64,000 nt of DNA from Sphagnum compactum (Eukaryota): positions 26,154,213-26,218,212 of the forward strand of contig OZ234493.1 in NCBI GenBank assembly GCA_965153455.1, read 5' to 3'. The position numbers and the translations under genes were made by a program. This document shows positions 25,497 to 36,800 of the stretch, one piece after another. Numbering within the stretch: the first letter of the stretch is position 1; each line of letters starts with the position of its first letter. Below the pieces are notes generated by a model that saw nothing but the letters and a program-made list of their open reading frames with translations, was not told the origin of the DNA and did not search any database.

Positions 25497-26387
25497 TAAT
25501 GTACACCCACACTTCTTGAAAAACTCAAATATGAGTCTGAAAGTGAAAACAACGAAAGAAGGAATTGGGGTATGCTTCTTAGTTCGCAACATTTCAGGGA
25601 TAGAAGGGCATGTTGGAGCTTCGGGATGGGGAATAGGTCGAGTGACAAGTAAATCAATTATTCACACGGACTTACACAAACTAAACAACAAGCTGGTTCG
25701 TGTGTGGTTGGAGCATTTTTGTTACATAGACGAGCCATGGGTATACACAGACTCACAAGACTCACCACGGCCCGAACTTGGGAAAAGTATTCTCCCCTTC
25801 ATAGTATTCTCTATGATTAACCACAGGGGTTACATTCAAATGTCATTTTGTCCCAGGATTCCCAAGTTGGAAGTCCTGAAATTGGGACTTCTAGAATTTT
25901 GGAGGGCCATAACTTCTTTTGCAGACTTTTGATTGAAGTGAAGTCTCAAGAAAAGTTGTAGCCCTTGTCGAGAGTTTTTCAAAGATATGTGGCACGCCAC
26001 CTTCACGCACTTATTTTAGGGAGATTCCCTACTTTTAGTGGACGAAAGTCAAATTGGCATTTTGACCCCAACCCTTCTTTTGGCCATTACTTGTGTTTTA
26101 AGTACTCAAATGGGTCATGTGAGCCCATTTTAGACATTTATGTTTCAAGAACTTTCTAATGATCTAAGGAATTCTTCAGTCTAATGAGTTTTGAGTCTTG
26201 GAATACTTTTATGAAAATTCGGGACTCCACAAAAATTCCAATTCCCAAAGTGGGAGTCCATTTGGGAGTGTGTGAATTCATTCCCTCACATTCCCAAGAG
26301 TGCAAATGTGATTCCCGGGTTGCACTGTCGACTCGCACCTTTCCATGCCTTTGATTTGATTACAAGCCCAAGGCTAGGGTTGTGACA
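25497..26387. mobile_element. Solo LTR (~890 bp)
   Basis: Ends ...GCTAGGGTTGTGACA; starts TAATGTACACCC (degenerate TG). Flanks ATGGT (25492-25496) and ATGGC (26388-26392) give a 5-bp TSD with one mismatch. Confidence 0.65.
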
Positions 26388-29300
26388 ATGGCTATGGGAT
26401 ATTGGTTCATGTCTAGAGGTATATTCTTGCCAAACAACCATAAGTGCCTCACGCCAACATGCTTATGTTTTCAACTCCTATTTTCACAATAAATAATAAC
26501 CTACAACAACCATGAAAATTTATCAGTTGCAATTTGTGATTTTTAAAACATCTTTGCAAGAGAAATTTTTTTTAATCCTTTTCATTCCTTTGTTAGCTTT
26601 TCCATGAGCTAATAAATATTTTACAAAACATTGTCACACTAAAGAACATCATTGCCATCAACATTACAAGCACATAATGCACTAAAGAATGGCATCATCA
26701 CAAAAACTGAAGACTTAAAAATCCAAACATGATGGTCAAGCTTGGAGCACATTGTTAAGGTGAAAACATGGTTAGGTGGCTCAAGAGTGGTGTTTGAGAA
26801 TTCATAATTTAACACTAGCGATTCTTTTTGAAGTTTTAACAATTATCAAATCATAAATCCTAAGTTATCCCCAATAATTTTAATCAGAAGTATTAATAAG
26901 CCAACCTATGAATATCCTTAAACATGTGATTGATAAAAAAATCCATGCAAAACATTAAATTTTTTAATGTGAAATGGACTATCAAGGATAAAAATTTACA
27001 ACAAGCACGTCATTTAATTTTTAAAATTAGAAATATACATATTAAAAAAATTTAAATGCACTTCATTAATAAATTTTTCATTTGAGGATGTTTTATTTTT
27101 TTAATTTTATTTTGACCCTACTTTGACATTTTTTTGAGTTCACATTTTTCAATTTTTGTGTGACAAACGTAATGTTGTCATTTCAAAGTCTATTGTATGA
27201 GTCTATAATCTTCTTAGAATTCATCCAAAAAATTTATGATGATTCCCATTAAAGTCTATAACAACCTAAATAATTAAAAATTAATAATGTTAGTTTTGTA
27301 TATGGTTTTGAATTTTACATTTGTGTGTAATCCAAAAATATATAAAATGTGACAATCCAAATTGTCCCCCTATTCATGCTTTCACTTGTTAGAATATTGT
27401 GATGGTAGAAGTTTAGTTTGAAAGAAGAAGCTTTAGTAGACTTAATAACAATTCCTATGCTCTTGCGAAGGTAGACATCTTATTTAGGCCAAAAAAAGCC
27501 AATCCAATCCCATGTGTGCGTGTGCGTGTGTGTGTTTATATATACATGATCTTGCATCACCACCCTAATCCTCTTAACAATAGTTAATTTAACAAACATG
27601 ACCTTCATAAACAAATAAAGTCTCAATTTGTATAGAATTTTAAAGTTGTGACATAAAAGTTAACACCTAATAACAGTTATATGAGTTTCACCTCAAAAAA
27701 TAGCCATATGCACTACAATTGATAACAATTGTAGTTCAAAGAATCTTAAATTAGGTCTAAATCAACAATGTCTCAACAATCTGAGACAATTTGAAATGTT
27801 TCAAAACGTTTGCTTAATCTTTAAAACTTATCATGTTTACAAATCATTGGCCCATTCATCAAAGCTTTTGTTTTGATTCCATATGAGCACTTAGACATAA
27901 AGTTATCATCAAAGGCATCTGGAATTATGAGCTCATTTATCATTGACATCTTATGAGCTCATTATCATGGCTTTTGTTTCAATTCCTCGAACTATTGTTA
28001 CAACCTCGCTTGCTAGTTCAACTCTTTTGTACAAATCTTTCATGAAACCCACACAAAGTTTCCTTAAATCTTTAAAGTCCGAATCCAAAGATTGATGCGT
28101 CATAACAAAACCAAAAGCATTGGTGGTCACCTCACACAATTTCAAAAAATGCTCCTATAGGACTCGGTACAAACAAAGGCAATACAAAACGTTTTTTTGA
28201 GCATCGATTAATTTGCACATGATTAATGAAGAAAGTGAAAACAAAACAAATTATTTGCCAACAATTCTCCTTGCAAACAAAAACAAAAGAAAAACACCAA
28301 AGGGTGAACTTCAAAACTACATAAAGGATTTGAAGGGCTAATTCTAAACACTTTTCAAGCTCCTTATATTTGTAAAAGTTTGAAAAAAATTGCAATTTTG
28401 AAGGAAGTGCTAGTGTCACCAAAACAAGGGTGCACACAAGTTGTATACACATTGATCACAACAAAATAATGCTTAAGTGCATCAATACAACAAACATAAA
28501 AAATACACAACCAATGTAACAATATTGCATATGTTTATAACTCAGTGAAAAAATGACTTTATGGGCTTTGACAGATCAACATGCTCTGGAATTCCTCTCT
28601 TTGTGGACTATCATGGCCTTATATTAAGGTATCTTTACAACAAACAAGTTTTACACATAGTCTTCCCAAAATCCCAGTAGAGATATTGGTTTGGAAATGG
28701 TAAAGATATGGACAAGCAATGTTTGTAATGGTCTTTTCAAAATTTCCCAAGAACTTCCCATTACAGAGAACTTATTTTCAAACATTCAAGTACTTAGTCT
28801 TTCCGATGTCCCAACATAATTCTCAAGCACGTTCAACTTAAATAGGAACCCCATTAAGGCCAGGCCAATTAACCCCTTTGACCCTCTCAACATTTCCATC
28901 CTAAAAACTCTACTGACACATTAACTCTTAATGTTATGCTCATTAGCTTTAGCACAACAGAAATCCTAAAGCAAACACGAGTAACCTAGTTAAAATCACA
29001 AGCTTTAGGCATTCCTTTTGAAAGCTTCCAAACAACAAAACCAAATTGAGATGAATTTGAGTCTAAAAAACCAATGTGTTTAGCTTGAGTCATCATCAGG
29101 TATTTATTTCCTCTCCCCACCAAACACATTTTTCCTTCACTTAGTAATTTTGCATCATCTTCCTCACACAACTAAAGAAAATCCAAGAAACAACACTTCG
29201 TCACCAACTTTTGACGTGGGTGTCGGCATTCCATGAAGAACAACACACCAAATTCCATAACCTATAAACAACAAAAACACAAGAAAATAACAAAGACATC

Positions 29301-29399
29301 AAAAAGCAAAATGCAGCTCCTTTAAAGTTCATGATCACCAATCGTCCCCTTTCTTGGTGTTTTTTGCCAATACATCCATCAACATAGTAAATCATTCAT

Positions 29400-30060
29400 T
29401 AGGGCAATATCACCCCACTTCATTTGGTTAGGGCTTAGTCATCCAAAAAATTTGTGGACACAAATTTTGTAGCCATGCTGATGCGATAAATTGGTGTATG
29501 ATATTATAATCTTGACATAGAACATCAAATTCTTTCATCGACTCATTGCCCTTATCTGTAAGAATGTACTTGGGCATTCCAAATCAACATATAATTTCAT
29601 CTTCAAGGAATATGGGTACAATAACTACATCATGCTCTTTCACATGACATGTTTCACACCACTTGGAATAGTGGTCAATAACAATAAAAACATATTTATT
29701 GCCATTAGATTATCAGGCAAAATCCTGCAATATCAATAACCATTTGATAAAAGAGATCACACATACGTATGCTCTTCATACCTTCCATTCTAGACCTCAT
29801 ATTGCCAGTTTGTTTGGCCAATTGGCATATATCACAAACGTTGACAAGTTCTTTAACATAATATGTCATATCATGCCAAAAAAATCGCTTTTTAATTTTA
29901 GCAAACATCCTTGCGTCACTGAAATGTCCAATCTCATCGTGCATATTTTTCATTATTACAAATATGTCGTCCGGTTTAGGAACCATTAGGTTTTAAAAAT
30001 ATAATGTATCCTCCTGCTGGTGATATCTCATCACTTTTTGTTTTGCCATCTCAATATCAA
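29400..30060 (-). mobile_element. Ty3/Gypsy integrase remnant (HHCC zinc finger and start of the core)
   Basis: MHDEIGHF...RFFWHDM...VNVCDICQL, followed by a frameshifted 'VIDHYSKWCE' core segment. Confidence 0.8.
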
Positions 30061-30671
30061 CAAGAGTGCATGCATTTATGTTTAATGAACCACGGGTGAG
30101 TAATGTCATACTCAAAGGATCTTCCGAAATGTCTAAGCAGTAGTTTTGTTCGTCCCCATCCATCTTTGGTTAAATAATAATGTTGGTCTTGGCCTGATCA
30201 ACAAGGTTTGTGCTTCATGGGCCAGATTTTAGTAATCTTGTACAGTGTATTTTGGTCCTTATTGTTCAACATTCATCCTTTGATCATGTCCCCCATCTTG
30301 GTAACAAAATGATTTATTTTCCTTTCTAAGTTTGGACCTCAATGTGGTCTGGTGTTGCATCCACTTCCATCACAATGAAAAGATTGTTGATAATTTCACT
30401 ACCCTTAGTGGACATGGAAACCTCTTGTGCAATCCTAATTTAAATTCTGAATCTCACTTCGAAAGTTTTCATGAGCTTCATACTTGCCAACCGGGTTTTT
30501 GCTCAATGCATCCACATTTGTCCACCAAAAGAGTAAGCGGTTCAATTTACTTGACAATTGTGATTTTTTTTTTTAAATATTCAAAAAATTACGATTGAAA
30601 CATAGTCAAAGATGACATTAGGTCGAAGGCGAGTTGGTTGAAAAAGAGGGGTTATCTATTAGTGATTCAAT

Positions 30672-31129
30672 TGGCAATAGATGAAGGTAATTCATTCAAC
30701 CTGACACATTTTAACAAATTAAGTTCCTTGAATGCATGAAAGGCCAATAAACATAAGTAATTCCTCCAAGTTCGTATGTTCCCACAATTAAAACTTTTGG
30801 AGTGCATTTAATTTGCCAATGTACATGCAAGTAATTCTTGCAAGTTGAAACATTCACACAAATCAAGATTTTTAAGTGCATTCAATGACCAATAGATGAA
30901 AATAATGTTTTGAAACTGGAACACCTTAACAAATGAAGCTTTTGGAATGTACTCAATTGGCCAATAGTTGAAATAGTTATTTCAAATTGGACACCTTGAC
31001 AAATGAAGGACTTTGAGTGCATTCAATTTGCCAATAGATGAATATTTCTCTCACGATGCTCTCGAGTTGGAGAAGTCTTATAAGTAAAGATCTAGAGTGC
31101 ATTCAATTGGCCAGTAGATGAAGGTAGTT
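30672..31129 (-). pseudogene. Degenerate orphan LRR units (~6), the former 3' part of the NLR LRR array
   Basis: Repeated GAGTGCATTCAATT.GCCAATAGATGAA motifs match the 72-bp LRR unit but contain indels and stops. Confidence 0.85.
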
Positions 31130-34100
31130 CACTAATAAAAACTCCCCCATTTTGTAACTATGTTTTCAACTAGCATTCAATTACAAACCAAGTCGAAAAC
31201 TACACATATAATTGTAACTTGTTTTTTGCAATTGGTAACCAATAATGTCAACAAGTACAAGTCGAGAATGAAATTTAGTCAAAAGTGTATGCCACGTGTC
31301 AACACCATAACAATAGCTACTACATGCCATTGTTTGCCAATTTAGTTGAAAGTTGTTGTACCAATTTAGTTGAGGGATGATTCAACTAGATTCGACTATT
31401 GAATGAACTTCATCTGCTAACTGGGCGTGACGTCACCCAAAAATAAAATTACAATTTTAACTATGTTGCAACTATGTAAACTGAACACTTGGCTAGTTGT
31501 TTGGTATAGTCACAATGTTAAGGTCAACAAATAGTTAAATGACACTTGGCACATCCACATCAATAGGTTAAGCCGCATGGTGCTTAATCATAGGTTAGGT
31601 TTAAACCTAGGTCTCTAGGCTAAACCTATACATAGGCCGTTCAACTTAGGATTAAATTAGGGTTGGACCTAGACACCTATGCTAGACCTAGACTTAGGCC
31701 ATGTGGTAATTATAAATGAAATTATATTACATTTGGTTGAACCTTTAGGGTTGAACCTTTTTAATTGGATCATCCCAAATGACTATTACATTTTCATATT
31801 TATCATGTTTTCCAACAATCTTAATGCACTCCTTTAAATAGTTTGGATTCATGGAATGGAAGCCAAATAATTGGGATAAAAAATTTAGTTATAACCTAAT
31901 TGTAATCCAGTTACAACCTAATTGCAACTCAAATAGTTGTAATCTAGTTATATAAGTTAGTTTAAGCTTAATTAGGCCTAGTTTAAAGTAATAATCTACC
32001 TAGCCTAAGTTTAGTTAGTTACTCTAATTACTTGTAGTAATTATTTATCAATTATTTTTAATTGTATAGTTGTATAAGTAAACAATTAAACATATTTCCA
32101 TCATATTAAATAATATGGTGATTAGTTAGTTTAAAAGAAAATCAGCAATTAAATGTAATTGTCTTTAAAAAATAAGTATTAATATTATTGAATATTTTTA
32201 AAATTCCAAATCCATAGGGTTTTCAATATTTCATAAAACAAGGAATTAACTCAAATATAAATATTCAATAATATATTTTAAATGAAATTTTAATTAAATT
32301 GATTATTAAAATATAATGATAAATACTAATTGGCTATAATAACCAAAAAAACATTAATAATACTATTGTAGCTAATAGTTAGGCTAGGCTAGTTAATTAT
32401 TAACTATTATTCATATATTTCTCTACCTTATTGGAACTATGATGAATTAATATAATAGAGGTTAAGTAAGAAAAATATAACAAAAATAGATCTTAAAACA
32501 TAGTAATGTTAAATGAAAATAATCTCTTCAATTATATAATAATTTATCAAATATATATTTCTAATTATTTCAATAATTTTTATAATTTAATCATAAATAA
32601 ATAATAAAATAATTGGTAATAAAATGAAAACATGAAAATTTTATTGGAACTAATAACCAACACTAGAAAAAATATTGAATTTATAAAAAATATTAATAAT
32701 GTATCATTACATGATATGTTGTAAACTAAAATTGATCTACATGGAAATAATAAATTACAGATGTATTGAACATATTCCCAAAAAATATTAATTAAGCCTC
32801 ATTACTTGAGATGTTGTAAATTAAAATTGAATCTACATTGAAATAATATATTATGCATGTATTGAACATACACATTATTAAATTGACTTATATTTCCAAA
32901 ATTGCTTAAATTTTATTTTCAAATTAAAGTGTAATATTTATATGCACAAAAAATTTCTTGTTACATAACCAATGAACCATTCATGTATACAAAAAACATT
33001 TACATGGATCTTAATAATTAATGAATTTATATTTTATTTTAAATATATATTAAGACATCATATGTATAAAAATGAATGAACATTACAGTTCCACAAAATT
33101 ATTAATTATGTATCATTTCTTGATTTTTTGTATATTAAAACTTGATTACAAAAAAATAATAAATTACATATATTGAACATTCATTATTACAAACTCATAT
33201 TTCATAAATTCTTTAAATTTTATTTTGAAATTACATATTTATATGCACAAAATTATTTGCATCATACATAACCATTCATTTGATACAAAAAAAACTTACA
33301 TGTAATTTAATCTATTTACGAAGGTAGATAATTTGTTTTGTTTTGTTTTATTATGTTTAGATTTTTTGAACTAAATTGCTTCATGCAATGCTATTAATAT
33401 ATTTGAAAACCTAACAATGAGTAGGGTGCATTGACTTGGTTTGAGAATTTTTGGAGCTACAATGCAAAGGTTATTGATTATTGAATCATTTTCTTGGTAA
33501 ACCTTAATAAAATCATACATAAAAAGTGTATTTGAATCTAAGGGTTTACTTGGTGCCGTTGGAAAATAATTGATGAGCCAAATTTAATGAAGTTTATTTA
33601 GTATTTTCATATTTAAGGTGCGGAAGATATTGAATTTTGAATGAATCTTGTTTCTGAAAATTCAATCCATTTTTTTAAAAAATGGGTTTAGAATGGAAAA
33701 TGCTTTGAGTGTGTTCACACTTGGGGCCATCAACACATGTTACATTATTCGTTCATGAAGGAAGGTAGTCTGTTTTGTTTTGTCACAATGAAATCTCCCA
33801 AACCATAGCATTTTACGTTATGCTATGGGACATATCATCATAAAGTTCTCAATGAGTAGGGGTGCACCAACTTGGTTTAAAATGTTTGGAGTTATGGTGT
33901 AGAATTTATCGATTATTCAAGCATGTTTTCATTGAATTTATTAAAAAAACCAATATTGAAAACTATGTTGGAATATGGGGGCATTCTTGCTATTATTGGA
34001 AAGCCCTCACCAAGTTTGATTTAATAATGTTGATTCCATAATTTTGAGACCTAAAATGGGAACTATATTATTGAAATATTAGTGGGTATTGTTGTTATAA

Positions 34101-34830
34101 ATTCAAACAAATTACAAAAAGGGGTTACGAAGGAAAATTCAATTGAATGCATTCAAACTTGGGCCAATGACATAAGGTACATTAGTGTTTAATGAGTTTT
34201 TATCATAATTTTAAACAAATATTAAGATATCATGTATATAAAAATGAATAAACATTAGAGTTGCACAATATTATTAGTCATGTGTCAGTACTTAATATGT
34301 TTTAATGATGTACATAAAAATAATAAATTACATGTGTATTGAACATAAACATTATTACTAACATATATTTAGAATTTCCAAAACTTTATTTTGAAATTAA
34401 ATTTTAATATTTATATGCAAGAAAAAAACCATTCATTTATACAAATAAAATTTACATGAAAGTTAATGTTATTATAATTTTAAATAAATATTAAAATCAA
34501 AGTTGCATACTAATTGTTTAACCTAGTTGAAATAAATAGTTACAAACAAGACTACATTTGATTTGTCCTTTAATACATTTTATCATCCATATATGTGTGT
34601 TGTTGGTGTCATTAAAATAATTGAACATTCATCAATGTTTTGACTATATGCCAATTAAAGAACCTTAGATGCCAAAAATATTTTTAAAATGGCACTTTTG
34701 TGAAAACATGTTTCACATTGTTTATCAACATAGTTGAGTGTTCAACTTGGAGAGACATTGTTGATGTTGAGAATATTCAGTAATTGACCAACTAGTTGAA
34801 AAATGTTTTCGACTATATACCAATATAGTA
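31130..34830. mobile_element. ~3.7-kb non-coding CACTA/EnSpm-like insertion within the LRR array
   Basis: The left junction GAAGGTAGTT|CACTAATAAAA and right junction TAGTA|ATTGGAACAC interrupt one LRR unit. CAACTAG/CTAGTTG subterminal motifs occur near both ends. The right TIR and TSD are imperfect. Confidence 0.55.
33311..34185 (+). mobile_element. Nested Helitron-like element made of two ~440-bp tandem units
   Basis: A|TCTATT 5' end and TTAG|T 3' end; AATGAGTAGGG..GCA..ACTTGGTTT occurs twice (~33415, ~33850). Removing it restores a unit homologous to 33001-33060. Confidence 0.55.
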
Positions 34831-34839
34831 ATTGGAACA

Positions 34840-36800
34840 CTTTCATAAATAAAGCTTTCGGAGTGCATTTGATTGCCAATAGATGAAGGTAGTTCTTCCA
34901 AATTGGAACACCCTTTTCAATAAAGCTCTTGGAGTGCATTCAATTAGCAGCAGATGAAGGTAGTTCTTTCAAGTTGGAACACCCCTACAAATTAAGCGTT
35001 TGGAGTGCATTCAATTGGCCAATAGATGAAGGTAGTTCTTTCAAGTTGAAACACCCTTCTACATCAAACATTTCGAGTGCATTCAATTGGCCAATAGATG
35101 AAGGTAGTTCTTTCAAGTTGGAACACCTTCCTAAATAAAGCTTTTGGAGTGCATTCAATTGGCCAATAGATGAAGGTAGTTCTTTCAAGTTGGAACACTC
35201 GCACAAATCAAGCTCTTCGAGTGCATTCAATTGGCCAATAGATGAAGGTAGTTCTTTCAAGTTGGAACACCCCCACAACTGAAGCTCTTGGAGTGCATTC
35301 AATTGGCCAATAGATGAAGGTAGTTCTTTCAAGTTTGAACACCTTTCTAAATCAAGCTTTTCGAGTGCATTCAATTGGCCAATAGATGAAGGTAGTTCTT
35401 TCAAGTTGCAACACCCCGACAAATCAAGCTGTTGGAGTGCATTCAATTGGCCAATAGATGAAGGTAGTTCTTTCAAGTTGGAACACCCTCCTAAATAAAG
35501 CTTTTGGAGTGCATTCAATTGGCCAATAGATGAAGGTAGTCCTTTCAAGTACGAACACCACCACAAATAAAACTCTTGGAGTGCATTCAATTGGCCAATA
35601 GATGAAGGTAGTTCTTTCAAGTTGGAACACCCTTCTAAATAAAGCTTTTGGAGTGCATTCAATTGGCCAATAGATGAAGGTAGTTCTTTCAAGTTGGAAC
35701 ACCCTACCAAATAAAGCTTTTGAAGTGCATTCAACTGGCCAATAGATGAAGGTAGTTCTTTCAAGTTGGAACACCCTTCTAAATAAAGCTTTTGGAGTGC
35801 ATTCAATTGGCCAATAAATGAAGGTAGTTCTTTCAAGTTGGAACACCCTTCTAAATAAAGCTCTTGGAGTGCATTCAATTGGCCAATAGATGAAGGTAGT
35901 TCTTTCAAGTTGGAACACCCCCACAACTGAAGCTCTTGGAGTGCATTCAATTGGCCAATAGATGAAGGTAGTTCTTTCAAGTTGGAACACCCTTCTAAAT
36001 CAAGCTTTTGAAGTGCATTCAATTGGCCAATAGATGAAGGGAGTTTTTTCAACTTGGAACACCCTATCAAATAAAGCTTTTGAAGTGCATTCAACTGGCC
36101 AATAGATGAAGGTAGTTCTTTCAAGTTGGAACACCCTCCTAAATAAAGCTTTTGGAGTGCATTCAATTGGCCAATAGATGAAGGTAGTTCTTTCAAGTTG
36201 AAACACCCTCCTAAATCAAGCTGTTGGAGTGCATTCAATTGGCCAATAGATGAAGGTAGTTCTTTCAAGTTGGAACACCCCCACAAATGAAGCTCTTGGA
36301 GTGCATTCAATTGGCCAATAGATGAAGGTAGTTCTTTCAAATTGGAACACCCCCACAAATGAAGCTCTTGGAGTGCATTCAATTGGCCAATAGATGAAGG
36401 TAGTTCTTTCAAGTTCGAACACCTTTCTAAATCAAGCTTTTCGAGTGCATTCAATTGGCCAATAGATGAAGGTAGTTCTTTCAAGTTGGAACACCCTTTT
36501 AAATCAAGCTCTTTGAGTGCATTCAATTGGCCAATAGATGAAGGTAGTTCTATCAAATTGGAACACCCCCACAAATAAAGCCCTTGGAGTGCATTCAATT
36601 GGCCAATAGATGAAGGTAGTTTTTTCAACTTAGACCACCCTGACAAATGGAGCTCTTGGAGTGCATTCAATTGGCCAATAGATGAAGGTAGTTCCTTCAA
36701 ATTGGAACACCTTGACAAATCAAGCTCTTGTAGTGCATTCAATCGGCCAATAGATGAAGGTAATTTTTTCAAGGTGGAACACCCTGACAAATCAAATACT
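34840..36800 (-). repeat. Coding tandem array of 27 x 72-bp LRR units (25 before the stop codon, 2 after it)
   Basis: The GATGAAGGTAGTT motif recurs with an exact 72-bp period from ~34885 to ~36757. Confidence 0.97.

Noticed and set aside
25468-26338. Several 60-154-aa ORFs
   Set aside because: They lie inside the solo LTR and show no gag/pol motifs.
35424-36422. Alternative-frame repetitive ORFs (FQLERTTFIYWPIECTP...)
   Set aside because: Shadow frames of the LRR array.
34840-36800. CRISPR-like appearance: constant ~48-bp blocks separated by variable ~24-bp blocks
   Set aside because: The period is exactly 72 bp in an open LRR frame spliced to an NB-ARC exon, and the variable parts are homologous to each other. 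Eukaryotic context, no cas genes.
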